A DNA stretch of 64,000 bases from Bdellovibrionales bacterium (GTDB lineage: Bacteria > Bdellovibrionota > Bdellovibrionia > Bdellovibrionales > JAUICD01). Every line of letters starts with the position of its first letter. Within the stretch, counting starts at the first letter, position 1. The notes beneath the pieces were generated by a model. It worked only from the letters and a program-made list of their open reading frames with translations, did not search any database and had not been told where the DNA came from. Made by a program: the position numbers and the translations under genes. The stretch is from positions 2,432,001-2,496,000 of the forward strand of contig OZ241865.1 of assembly GCA_965203275.1 (NCBI GenBank). Reading direction: 5' to 3'. This document shows positions 54,546 through 64,000 of this stretch, piece after piece.

Positions 54546-55547
54546 ATGAAAATAAATGAAATAAAAAAATGGGATGAGATAAAAGACTTATCGGACGAGA
54601 AATATCTTTTGCTAGGAAATGGTTTTAGTCAATGCTTTTCAGAAAAATTCGAACAAAATCTTTTTGAAAAACTAGGAACACAATCATGGCTTAAAGACTT
54701 ACGTGTCCTTTTTAAAGAAGAAAAAGTTCCACCTGAAGATATTTTCAATTCTCTATATAACCTATCTCTATATGCTGGCATTCTAAAAGTTTTAAACAAA
54801 GAATGTTCTGAAGCAATAGATGAAAAAATAAAGGATTATGAACAAAAAATAAAAACCTATTTGATAAAAGAACTTAAAGAGATACATCCACAAAGGGACA
54901 GTTTTTTAAAACATGTTCCAGATGCTTTTTTCAATGAAGTTGAAAAATTTGACAGCATATTTACAACTAATTATGATCTCCTGCTTTATTGGATAATCTT
55001 AAAGATAAATAAATTAAGAGGAAAGAACGTCTTTAAAGATTACTTTTGGACTCTTGATGGTTGTTATGATCCAAATGATAATAGGCTCATAGGAAAAGGT
55101 ATACATTATCTACATGGAGCATTTCACTTGAATAAGCTATCCCACTACAGAACCTATAAACAGAAGTATTCGGCCATATTAAAAATTGAAGAAATTATTG
55201 AAAGGTCCAGGGGGTTGACGTGTATCACTTTAGGAAATTATAGGGAAAAAAAAGAAAAAATCACCGAAGATCTTTACCTACACTTCTGTTTAGAAAAACT
55301 GAAAGAGGTAAAGGGAAGTCTTGTCATATTCGGCCATTCTTTAAATCCTAAATATGATCAACATATAATAGATGCTATTAAAGATGCCTATAGAAAAACT
55401 AAAGGTTTGAAATTATATATCTCTATTTTTGAAAATAAAGATTTGGATTCAATAAAAAATAGCCTCTCAGGAGTACAAATAGTAGAATTTTTTGATGCAA
55501 AGACGCATCCATTTTATCAATTAACTAATCAAAAGAAGGGATATTGA
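54546..55547 (+). CDS. DUF4917 / SIR2-like domain protein
   Basis: LLLGNGFS, FTTNYDLLLYW, YLHGAFHL, FGHSL motifs. Confidence 0.78.
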   Translation: MKINEIKKWDEIKDLSDEKYLLLGNGFSQCFSEKFEQNLFEKLGTQSWLKDLRVLFKEEKVPPEDIFNSLYNLSLYAGILKVLNKECSEAIDEKIKDYEQKIKTYLIKELKEIHPQRDSFLKHVPDAFFNEVEKFDSIFTTNYDLLLYWIILKINKLRGKNVFKDYFWTLDGCYDPNDNRLIGKGIHYLHGAFHLNKLSHYRTYKQKYSAILKIEEIIERSRGLTCITLGNYREKKEKITEDLYLHFCLEKLKEVKGSLVIFGHSLNPKYDQHIIDAIKDAYRKTKGLKLYISIFENKDLDSIKNSLSGVQIVEFFDAKTHPFYQLTNQKKGY

Positions 55548-55549
55548 AA

Positions 55550-56380
55550 ATGATTAAAATAACTGATGATAGAGCAATAATGAATATTTTGCATTTAGGT
55601 CGTCTAATAAAGTTTTTATTCAGCTATAGAAGGGGGATTAACAGACTAATAAATTCTGGATATATAGGAGAATCGAATCATAATACAAAACCTAAAAATC
55701 AATGCGTATTTCAGTTACTTAATCATGCTTATCATCAACTGATTATAAACCTTTCTGAGCTTTTGAAAGAAATACCACAGATTGAAAAAGATATAGGTAT
55801 CGATCTTTATACAAGACTAATGAAAAAACGCAACCACCTTGCCCACCCCTATGAAATAAAACCTAATATTTTCCTGTCTGAAGGTGAAGTGGAATTAGTA
55901 ATAAAAGCTCTACAAAAAATAAACTTTGAAGATAACAGAGAATTGAAGGAAAAATTAGGGCAAAAAATAAATAATATATACATGGACGAACCTCAAGAAG
56001 GTGAAATAGAGAATCTAATAAAGTTTATGACAAGAATTGATCCTCGACTAGTAGATAACCATCCACAATCACAAAAGCCTTCAATCAATATAGATGAAAT
56101 GACAATCTCTCAATTTTTAGAGATATGTAAAAAAGAGAAAATAAAAGACTATGAGTATCTCGAAATCACATTTGATGCTTTAAACTCAAATTTTATAAAA
56201 AAGGATCATATAAAATTATATGACTTTGTAATAAATACAGTGGATTATTTTAAATATCTTTTCTTATGCATAGCTCAAATTGAAAAAACCAAAAAGTATG
56301 AGGAGATTGAAGAAAAATCTTTAAGGCCTTTAATAAATAATGCAGAGGATTTTTTTCATATCTTGAAAATACACAAATAA
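55550..56380 (+). CDS. Hypothetical protein with HEPN-like RxxxxH motif
   Basis: KKRNHLAHPY; ATG 2 nt after the upstream stop, suggesting translational coupling. Confidence 0.55.
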   Translation: MIKITDDRAIMNILHLGRLIKFLFSYRRGINRLINSGYIGESNHNTKPKNQCVFQLLNHAYHQLIINLSELLKEIPQIEKDIGIDLYTRLMKKRNHLAHPYEIKPNIFLSEGEVELVIKALQKINFEDNRELKEKLGQKINNIYMDEPQEGEIENLIKFMTRIDPRLVDNHPQSQKPSINIDEMTISQFLEICKKEKIKDYEYLEITFDALNSNFIKKDHIKLYDFVINTVDYFKYLFLCIAQIEKTKKYEEIEEKSLRPLINNAEDFFHILKIHK

Positions 56381-56828
56381 AAACTCTACAAGCCAGCCTT
56401 TTTAAGAGCAAATTTGAGTCAGGAACAAAAAAGTGAAATTAAGAAATTTGAATAATCTATCAAATATCTATAATCAAAATCAACAGGGGCGATTGACTAA
56501 TATATTCAATTTACGTGATATCCTAATTATAAAGAGAAATCCCATTGGCTTGAAACAGAGACTTTTAGAGGTTTATTTGCAAAAAATTTTTTATTGAAAA
56601 AAACAAATAGTTCTATATCTAAAAAAATTTACCTATCCTCCTTTAAAAGCCACAAATTTCAACTAAAAACCATATCAAAAACATCAGCAAGTGGAAAAAA
56701 TCAACAAAATAATGGATCAAACTTGACAAATTTCAATCCGTCACCATATTTCAATTATAAATGAAAAAAATGACTTTAAACCTCAGTTAGATGATCGAAT
56801 TCAATGATATAAAAATAAAAGTGAATAA

Positions 56829-58412
56829 ATGAAAGAAAACAAAAAACAAAAATTATCTATTACTCTATTAAAGACAGAAACAGAACATGATTTTTCTACA
56901 TGTATAAAAGATGATTTCCGCTTTGAGCATAAACCACTTCCAAAAGAGAAAAAATGTGACAAAAATTGGAAGTTATTTATCAAAAAAGACATACCTTTAG
57001 AACCCTCATGGTCTAAATATCTTGGAATAGATATCAAAACATCAAATTCCAGTGCTGTTTTATTCATTCCCTATAATTCAGAGTATTTATTTGCTATTTG
57101 TTTTGGATATGGTAGCACAGCATTAGATAAAAATAAAATTGTGAAGGATTTTGGCTTAAAAACAGCTTTAAATTCTTTGGATAAAGAAAAAATAAAAAGT
57201 TCAGATGTATTTATTCCTTCTGATCATTCAAAACAAAAGAGAACTCAAACAACTCAAGATTCAAGCCTCGCAGGGCATGATATGGATAAATTTTCCAATA
57301 TTCTTAGGCGAATCACAGGCAAAACAAAAGAGGAATATAAAAATTTATTTTCAAGCATCAGTGCATCAGATTCCATCACAATAGATTCTGATAAACCCTT
57401 AGGGGAGTTAGATCAATTATGTAATGAACTTTATAAAATATATCAAAAAGAAGATTGTAAAAAAGAATTTCCAGAGGTTTTTTATATTCAAATAGTAAAA
57501 AATACGACTCTCATTACCAAACTTAATGATCAACTCATTGACTCTTTGAAAAACCAAGCTGATAATGTTTACTTAGACATACCAGATCCTATTGATTTTC
57601 AAAATGTAACCTCTTATCAAATCAGTTTTAAAAATAGAAAAAAGCACCTCTTAACAGAACTGAATATTAATGAGTTTTATAACGCACTTCAAAAAAATTC
57701 TAAAAATTATAATGTTAATGATTTAAAAAAATGGGAAGTCATTTTACTAGATAATAACGAACAAAAAGTAAAAGATTTTTCCATTTATAATTGTTTGATT
57801 TTTGACTGCTCTGAATCAGGAAAAAAATATCATTTATCTAATGCTATTTGGCATAAAATAGATACAAAGTTTGGTGAAGAGATAGAAAAAATAAATGGAT
57901 ATAAAAACAATCAACTGGATAATAAACAATTTATAGACTATAAGCACAATAATGAAGGAGAATATAACAAAGAATTGGCAAAAAAGCTAGGGAAAAACGC
58001 TTTTTGCTTAGATAAAAAGTTAATGCAAGTGGGTGGTTATGATAAAATAGAACCTTGTGATGTTCTTTTACATAGTACCTCTGGTGCTTCTGACAAAAAC
58101 TATTTTATACACATCAAAAGAAGGCACCATGGTTCATCAGGGTTAAGTCATTTATTTAATCAAGGAGATGTATCTTTATCTTTATTACTTGGAGAAAACG
58201 AAAGGTTTATAAAAGGCATTGAAAAAGAAACAAATCTATATAAAGAGAAATTTAAAAAGAATCCTCACGTACATTATTTAATCATTGACCAAATGAATAA
58301 CAATGAAAGACTTCCATTTTTTTCACAAATTAGTTTATTTAAAACTATTCAAAATATAAAGGCAAAAGGGACTGATGTATCTTGGTCCTTTGTAAAGAAT
58401 CTCAATGAATAA
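56829..58412 (+). CDS. TIGR04141/DUF6119-like sporadically distributed protein
   Basis: FAICFGYG, DFGLKTALN, IEPCD, HIKR..SSGLSHLFNQG (recognised from memory). Confidence 0.7.
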   Translation: MKENKKQKLSITLLKTETEHDFSTCIKDDFRFEHKPLPKEKKCDKNWKLFIKKDIPLEPSWSKYLGIDIKTSNSSAVLFIPYNSEYLFAICFGYGSTALDKNKIVKDFGLKTALNSLDKEKIKSSDVFIPSDHSKQKRTQTTQDSSLAGHDMDKFSNILRRITGKTKEEYKNLFSSISASDSITIDSDKPLGELDQLCNELYKIYQKEDCKKEFPEVFYIQIVKNTTLITKLNDQLIDSLKNQADNVYLDIPDPIDFQNVTSYQISFKNRKKHLLTELNINEFYNALQKNSKNYNVNDLKKWEVILLDNNEQKVKDFSIYNCLIFDCSESGKKYHLSNAIWHKIDTKFGEEIEKINGYKNNQLDNKQFIDYKHNNEGEYNKELAKKLGKNAFCLDKKLMQVGGYDKIEPCDVLLHSTSGASDKNYFIHIKRRHHGSSGLSHLFNQGDVSLSLLLGENERFIKGIEKETNLYKEKFKKNPHVHYLIIDQMNNNERLPFFSQISLFKTIQNIKAKGTDVSWSFVKNLNE

Positions 58413-58482
58413 TGATTTGTTATTGACAGACAACAATAAAAGATAATAGTTTACTTTTGTGAAGCTAACTAAATAGAAGGAC

Positions 58483-58671
58483 TTATGTTTTTTGAAGATC
58501 GAGTATTTCTTGTTTGGAAAGCCCTGTGGCCTTGCAAATAGTTTGAATATCTATGTTAGCTTTTAAAAGCTTAGATAGAATCTCTATTCGCTCTTCCTGC
58601 CGACCTTCTTGTCGACCCTTTTGCAAGCCTTCTTGTAATAATCTTTCTCTTGTGATTTGTAATGGTGGCAT
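58483..58671 (-). CDS. Rpn/YhgA-family C-terminal domain, stand-alone copy 2 (62 aa)
   Basis: Same AAGGAGG...ATG-MPPLQITRERLLQEG start as copy 1; divergent tail IQTICKATGLS. Confidence 0.65.
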   Translation of the reverse strand: MPPLQITRERLLQEGLQKGRQEGRQEERIEILSKLLKANIDIQTICKATGLSKQEILDLQKT

Positions 58672-58754
58672 TGTTCTTTCCTCCTTCATTATATGCTTTT
58701 CTTCTATCTTTTGCAATACTTTCCAGGTAAAACTAGGATCATAAATCCTGTCTC

Positions 58755-59460
58755 TTTCACTAAAAGTGGTCTAGCCTCTGGCTACTTTCTGTTTGCCAGC
58801 CGAAGGCTATTCGCCTTCTCAAATGCTGGCAACCTAGAAAGATTGACCACTTTTAGTAGGAAGGATCCTTTCCTCTTTTGACACGATGTTAAGGAAACAA
58901 AATGCCTTTAAAATTATATTAAAAGAGCAATGCCTCAAAAGTCCGTTTACTTTTAGTAGGAAGGATCCTCTCGTTTTTTAACATGATGTTAAGGGTTTGT
59001 TTCACTCAAAATGCATCATGCCTCTGGCATGTTTTCTGGCAGTTAGCCCGACGACTGTCGTCGTCGATCAAAGGCTTAGTTGTTTCACTAAAAGTAAACT
59101 AGCCTCTGGCTACTTTTGGGTTGCCAGCCGAAGGCTTCCGCCTTCTTAAATGCTGGCTACCTCAAAAGTCCGTTTACTTTTAGTAGGAAGGATCCTTTCC
59201 TCTTTTGACACGATGTTAAGGGTTTGTTTCACTCAAAATGCATCATGCCTCTGGCATGTTTTCTGGCAGTTAGCCCGACGACTGTCGTCGTCGATCAAAG
59301 GCTTAGTTGTTTCACTAAAAGTAAACTAGCCTCTGGCTACTTTCTGGTTGCCAGCCGAAGGCTATCGCCTTCTCAAATGCTGGCAACCTAGAAAGCTTGA
59401 CCACTTTTAGTAAGGAGGATCCCATCGTCTTCTTACACAATGTTAAGGAAACAAGATGTT
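58755..59460. repeat. Structured repeat cluster with internal ~227-bp tandem duplication
   Basis: Family-1 units; blocks starting ~58988 and ~59215 are near identical. Confidence 0.92.
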
Positions 59461-59517
59461 TGTTTTTTGGGATTTTTTGCTAAAAGGTAGGAAAAAAGTA
59501 TTTGAAAATTGGAAATC

Positions 59518-59932
59518 AAGTGATTTCAGCTATTTAATACTGTGACTTTTGTATAAAAGTCACAGTATTAAATAGTTGTAATTGTTAGACTTTTTTAGGT
59601 CGCTTTTAGAAATTTCTAATTTTTCGTCTAACACAATTCTTATCGTTTATTATGACATAAAACTTTATATTTTTGTTAAAAAAAATCAAAAAAAGTGACA
59701 TTTTGTATCAAAAAGAATCACTTTTTTAAATTTTTGTATCATCTTGAAACACTTTACCAATCTTAAAGACATAAGATTATCAAAACAAACAATAAATTTT
59801 CATTCGCGTTTTATAACTTCTGCCTTGTTTTATTTTTCAAAACAATTTTCTTGCAAAAAATTGCCTGTTTTTTGCTCTTTCAAATTGTGACTTTTATACA
59901 AAAGTTACAGTGCTAAGTCATTGAAATCACTA
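59518..59932. promoter_or_regulatory. Segment flanked by 47-bp imperfect inverted repeats upstream of pilin gene
   Basis: 59518-59564 vs reverse complement of 59886-59932: 39/47 identical, innermost 20 identical. Confidence 0.55.
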
Positions 59933-59943
59933 GGTCGTTTAGG

Positions 59944-60155
59944 TTTGTTTCACTAAAAGTGGCCTGACCTCTGGTCACTTTCTGGTTGCCAGCCGAAGGC
60001 TACCGCCTTCTTAAATGCTGGCAACCTAGAAAGCCTGACCACTTTTAGTAAGAAGGATCCCCTCGTTTCTTTACACGATGTTAAGGAAACAAGCTGTCCT
60101 TCTGATGATGCCGGGTTGCCGGTTTACCGGATCCCGGATGGACGTCATGTTAAGA
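59944..60155. repeat. Family-1 unit plus GGATCC module upstream of pilin
   Basis: TTTCACTAAAAGTGG...CCACTTTTAGTA...TGTTAAGGAAACA. Confidence 0.88.
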
Positions 60156-60288
60156 AAAGAAGGGAAGGAAATGTTAGGTGAAGTTGGGCATCTACAGAGA
60201 TACAAACAAGCTTAACTAAAAAGTAAAGAGGACAAGTAAAAGGTGCTTGTCCATTGAATTGAATTATTTTTAAACGTGGAGGTTTAAA

Positions 60289-61035
60289 ATGAAAAACTCA
60301 ATATTTTTTAAGAATCAAAAAGGTTTTAGTTTAATTGAATTAATGGTCGTCGTGGCTATTATTGGAATTCTGGCCGCTGTGGCTATTCCAAACTATCAAC
60401 AGTTTCAACGTAGAGCTATCCAAACAGAAGCAAAGGCTAAGTTAGGTGCTTTATATGTAGCTGAAACTACATTTATAAATGAGTGGGGATCCGGTACTAC
60501 GAATCTTCAATTATTAGGTTATGATCAAAAAGGAGATGCTAGTTATTATATTGTAGGATGGCATGCTAGTGATAATGTAGAAGGTGGCACAATAAAGCCG
60601 AATAACTCAACAAGCAGTAGACCTGCGGGTTATAGAGGGCCACTTCCAACCTCAACTACTACAGTAAATACTCATACTTTTGAACCTGGCAGTCATAACA
60701 GTATGGCTTATTCTGCACCTACCAATACCCAAATAACTGGAGTATTGGAAAGAATAGGTAGCTGTGCGAGTGTGAGGACTTCTGGTTCTGCTAACTGTTG
60801 TCAGTCTACACCTTATCCAAACTGTGCTGCGAAAGCAACTCTACCAGCTGGTTGTACTGGTTGTAACAATGCTAAACCGGTTGAAAATACCGGTGTTAGA
60901 AACGTAAGTTTCACTATAGGTGCAAGTGGAGTGATTAATGGTTCTACTGAGATAGGTGGAACAACCGGAACAAATTTAGATCGATGGACAATAGATAACG
61001 ATAAGACTTTAGTAAATTCACAGACAGGACTTTAA
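60289..61035 (+). CDS. pilA: Type IVa major pilin-like protein
   Basis: KG|FSLIELMVVVAIIGILAAVAIPNY prepilin motif, GGAGG RBS, Cys-rich variable region. Confidence 0.88.
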   Translation: MKNSIFFKNQKGFSLIELMVVVAIIGILAAVAIPNYQQFQRRAIQTEAKAKLGALYVAETTFINEWGSGTTNLQLLGYDQKGDASYYIVGWHASDNVEGGTIKPNNSTSSRPAGYRGPLPTSTTTVNTHTFEPGSHNSMAYSAPTNTQITGVLERIGSCASVRTSGSANCCQSTPYPNCAAKATLPAGCTGCNNAKPVENTGVRNVSFTIGASGVINGSTEIGGTTGTNLDRWTIDNDKTLVNSQTGL

Positions 61036-61070
61036 ACATAATCCTTTAATTTTAAAGTTTAAGCATTATG

Positions 61071-61109
61071 GAGCAGAGGGGCCGTTGCTAAGTCCCTCTG
61101 TTCTTTTTT
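61071..61109 (+). terminator. Intrinsic terminator after pilin
   Basis: CAGAGGG...CCCTCTG stem followed by a T-run. Confidence 0.7.
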
Positions 61110-61277
61110 AATAAGGATTGGAGAGAAAATCTTTTTCTGCTTTAGTTTTATCATTAATTTCTTTATTTTTTAATATGTGTAATAAAAAGGAAGTATCAAA
61201 AATACCTATAGATTCAATACAATCTGCATTAAAAATCCGAGTTATAGTTAAAGAATCAGCTTAAGCACATTTTTTCT

Positions 61278-61460
61278 CTATATTTTTTCTTTTTTGTCTT
61301 TATTAAGATTGGCCACTTGTTGTTTTATAAAATGAATCCATTGCTTCCAGTTGTGTTTTAAACTTTCTTCATCACCGCTGACTCTCCCTAATTCATATTT
61401 GAGCTTAGGTTCTTTGAGGTTGTCTGGTTTTGATTGATCAGTGTTACTTTCTTCTGTCAT
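61278..61460 (-). CDS. Small hypothetical protein
   Basis: 60 aa; strong AGAGGAGG RBS. Confidence 0.55.
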   Translation of the reverse strand: MTEESNTDQSKPDNLKEPKLKYELGRVSGDEESLKHNWKQWIHFIKQQVANLNKDKKEKI

Positions 61461-61738
61461 TATTAACCCTCCTCTAAATAAAAAATGGACTACTTTTATC
61501 AGTATACATGGTTTTGATTGAAAAATAAAGTTTATAATATCATTATTTTTAACTCAAGCTGTCTCAAAAGGAACATAAATATAATGCATCACATTGTCAA
61601 ACATTGTTTAGAGTCATATTTTTCAATAAATCTATCAGAATTTAAAGTCTTAAGTCTATAAAGATTACATACTAGTCCATCCGATTAAAACTTTATGGAT
61701 GCATCTTTACTCAATCGAACCTTTAAAAGGAGATCACA

Positions 61739-63085
61739 ATGGGACAAATAATTGAACTTCCAAAAAAGAAAAAAAGAATTATCGAAGCAAATCAAATTGT
61801 TTGGGGTGACTGCTTAGACTGGCTTGATTTTGTTGAAAAAGGGACAGTAGATGTTTGTTATATTGATCCACCTTTCTTTTCAAATAAAAAGTATGAAATT
61901 ATATGGGGTAATGGTTATGAATTGAGAAGTTTTGGTGATCGTTGGAAGGGTGGAATTGAAGTATATATCAAGTGGATGCAAGAACGTGTTATAAAAATAC
62001 ATGAGGCTTTAAAACCGACTGGTTCAATTTTTCTCCATTGTGATTGGCGGGCCAGTCATAGATTAAGGTTTATGCTTGATGAGGTTTTTGGTAAAGAAAA
62101 CTTCGTTAATGAAATAATATGGTCATATAAAACGGGTGGCGTTTCAAAAAATTGGTTTGGTAGAAAACACGATAATATTTATTTTTATTCAAAAAATGGA
62201 ACCCCCACTTTTAATTTACAAAAAGAAAAGAGCTATTTGCCTCATAAATACGGTTTTAAAAATATCAAGATTAAAAAAGATAACATAGGTTATTATCGCG
62301 ATGTTTATATGAGAGATGTTTTTGATATACCTGCATTGCGAGGAAATCAACCAGAAACAATAGAATACAACACTCAAAAACCAGAAAAGCTACTTGAGAG
62401 AATAATCAAAGCATCTACAAATGAAGGTGATCTTGTTTTAGACTGCTTTGGCGGTGGTGGTACAACAGCAGCTGTGGCAAGCAAATTAAACAGAGAATTT
62501 ATTATTGGTGATGTTAGTCCAGTAGCCTGTCGGGTGATAGCTTATCGTTTAAATCAACGAGTTGATCCTAAGCCGGATTATGATTTTTTCAATATCCCCA
62601 AAAGCAAAAAAGAATGGCTTGCTATTGATGGTCATACATTTGCTGAGCGTATTTGTGAATTTATGGGGTGGAAATGCAATCCTAAAAAATCAAACGATCA
62701 AGGTATTAAAGGATGGGCAGAAAACAAAAAAGGTCAAAAAATCCCTATTCAAATCAAGAATCAAGAGAAAGCAATATCCAGGGCAGATATTCAGAAATTT
62801 GTTGGAGCTATGAGCCATTCTAAAGAGGGTTTGTTTGTTTCATGGGATTTTTCAAAACCTGCTGAAGAATATCTAATCAAAGAAGCTGAAAAACAATACA
62901 AGAAAGAAATTCGGTTTATCAAAGTAGGTGATGAGATACTTCAAGATATTTTAGTCGAAGATACAAAAATTAATGAATGGGAAAACTCATGCCAAAAAAT
63001 CATCTCAAAACAATGGCAAAAAGAAGAACAAACACAGATTAAAAGAATCAAAAAGAAACATAGTAAAGATAAAAGTCAAAAATAA
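61739..63085 (+). CDS. N6/N4 DNA methyltransferase fused to Mrr-like endonuclease domain
   Basis: IDPPF, TQKPEKLL, LDCFGGGGTT; C-terminal NDQGIKG...IQIK...DIQKF. Confidence 0.85.
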   Translation: MGQIIELPKKKKRIIEANQIVWGDCLDWLDFVEKGTVDVCYIDPPFFSNKKYEIIWGNGYELRSFGDRWKGGIEVYIKWMQERVIKIHEALKPTGSIFLHCDWRASHRLRFMLDEVFGKENFVNEIIWSYKTGGVSKNWFGRKHDNIYFYSKNGTPTFNLQKEKSYLPHKYGFKNIKIKKDNIGYYRDVYMRDVFDIPALRGNQPETIEYNTQKPEKLLERIIKASTNEGDLVLDCFGGGGTTAAVASKLNREFIIGDVSPVACRVIAYRLNQRVDPKPDYDFFNIPKSKKEWLAIDGHTFAERICEFMGWKCNPKKSNDQGIKGWAENKKGQKIPIQIKNQEKAISRADIQKFVGAMSHSKEGLFVSWDFSKPAEEYLIKEAEKQYKKEIRFIKVGDEILQDILVEDTKINEWENSCQKIISKQWQKEEQTQIKRIKKKHSKDKSQK

Positions 63086-63089
63086 AAGC

Positions 63090-63320
63090 TTAGGAAGAAA
63101 TGAGTTTTAAATGATTTCTTTGATTTCTTTTAGTAGAAAATGTTCGAAGGTGATTGACTTGATGCTCAAGGAAATCAAGACGTTGCAAGAGCCTTCTTCT
63201 CTCTTGGCTTTCAATTGAGTTATCAGAAGAAAGTATATCCAGTCTTTGCTCAATATAATCAATTTCTTCAGATATTTCTTTCATTTCTTGTTCTGTGATC
63301 ATTATAAACCTCCGTGTCAT
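63090..63320 (-). CDS. Small coiled-coil hypothetical protein
   Basis: 76-aa ORF; GGAGG within the 5' end suggests a downstream start (MITEQ). Confidence 0.55.
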   Translation of the reverse strand: MTRRFIMITEQEMKEISEEIDYIEQRLDILSSDNSIESQERRRLLQRLDFLEHQVNHLRTFSTKRNQRNHLKLISS

Positions 63321-63609
63321 TATGACACTTAACCTAATCCCCCTGTATTTGTCAACACTTTTTATTTCAAAATATTAACAAATATTAACTTTGTATTGCT
63401 CCTTAAAACTTAATCCATTCTTTAGAATTTGACATTGAGCTTTTAAGGCATAGTTCCAAAAAGTTTAAAATTATTAGGCCACTATTGACTGATCAAGCCT
63501 AGTTCTCAAAGATTTTTTACATATTATTGACTGTCAAGATACAGGAGTTATTTGCATATCTTGACTAAAGTAAGATTGAGTCTTTCACTTAAAATGCCGA
63601 TAACCTTAT

Positions 63610-64000
63610 ATGTCATCACTCTCATCACATTTTTACATCTATACAATATTGTTTATCTTTATCTGGACTTGCTTGATCAGCTTTTCTGAAAAAAGCTTTG
63701 CTCAAAACAGTATTTCTTATGATTATTTTCAAAATGTGAGAGGAGTTTCTAAAGGAGAAAAACAAAAAAGGTATACAATATCACTTCGTAATGGAAAGGT
63801 AGATTTATCTGATTTTCTTAATGATGCAGAACAGATTCTTCAATCTTCTAACTATGAGAATGGGCGGTTTATTAATGATACATTGAATATAATCAAAGAG
63901 CAGTCTATTTCTGATTTGTGTCACCAAATGACAAATGAACAAATAAAAACAGCTTGTATAGAAGATGTAGAAAACTCTATTTTAGAAGCTCAAAATCAAT
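63610..64000 (+). CDS. Hypothetical secreted protein, truncated by window end
   Basis: Manual translation MSSLSSHFYIYTILFIFIWTCLISFSEKSFAQ... is open to the end of the window. Confidence 0.6.
   Translation, partial: MSSLSSHFYIYTILFIFIWTCLISFSEKSFAQNSISYDYFQNVRGVSKGEKQKRYTISLRNGKVDLSDFLNDAEQILQSSNYENGRFINDTLNIIKEQSISDLCHQMTNEQIKTACIEDVENSILEAQNQ

Noticed and set aside
60101..60150. CTGATGA suggesting a hammerhead ribozyme core
   Set aside because: No correctly placed GAAA or stem III, and other copies of the module lack CTGATGA

Overview
AT-rich bacterial chromosomal segment; the gene content suggests Bdellovibrionota (inference). It carries housekeeping genes (pyrC, htpX, SCO-coxB, ldcA, gyrB, pilQ, grxD-bolA, lipB, aceE-like, orn, tuf, cysS, mltG, M3 peptidase, citrate synthase, spoVG, tilS, nuoA/H), RNase P RNA and four intact tRNAs. 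About 10% of the window is mosaic clusters of structured, covarying palindromic repeats. Main unusual observations: (1) four tandem coiled-coil genes differing in 7-aa steps, each with an A9/A_AAA_AAC slippery site whose -1 frame adds a hydrophobic C-terminal tail; (2) five identically truncated tRNA-Pro 5' halves upstream of the intact tRNA; (3) an intact type IV pilin with two 5'-truncated paralogues and a candidate invertible upstream segment; (4) a candidate defence island (SIR2-like DUF4917 + HEPN-motif protein, TIGR04141-like protein) bracketed by orphan Rpn C-terminal modules. All family calls come from motif recognition by eye; no database searches were run.
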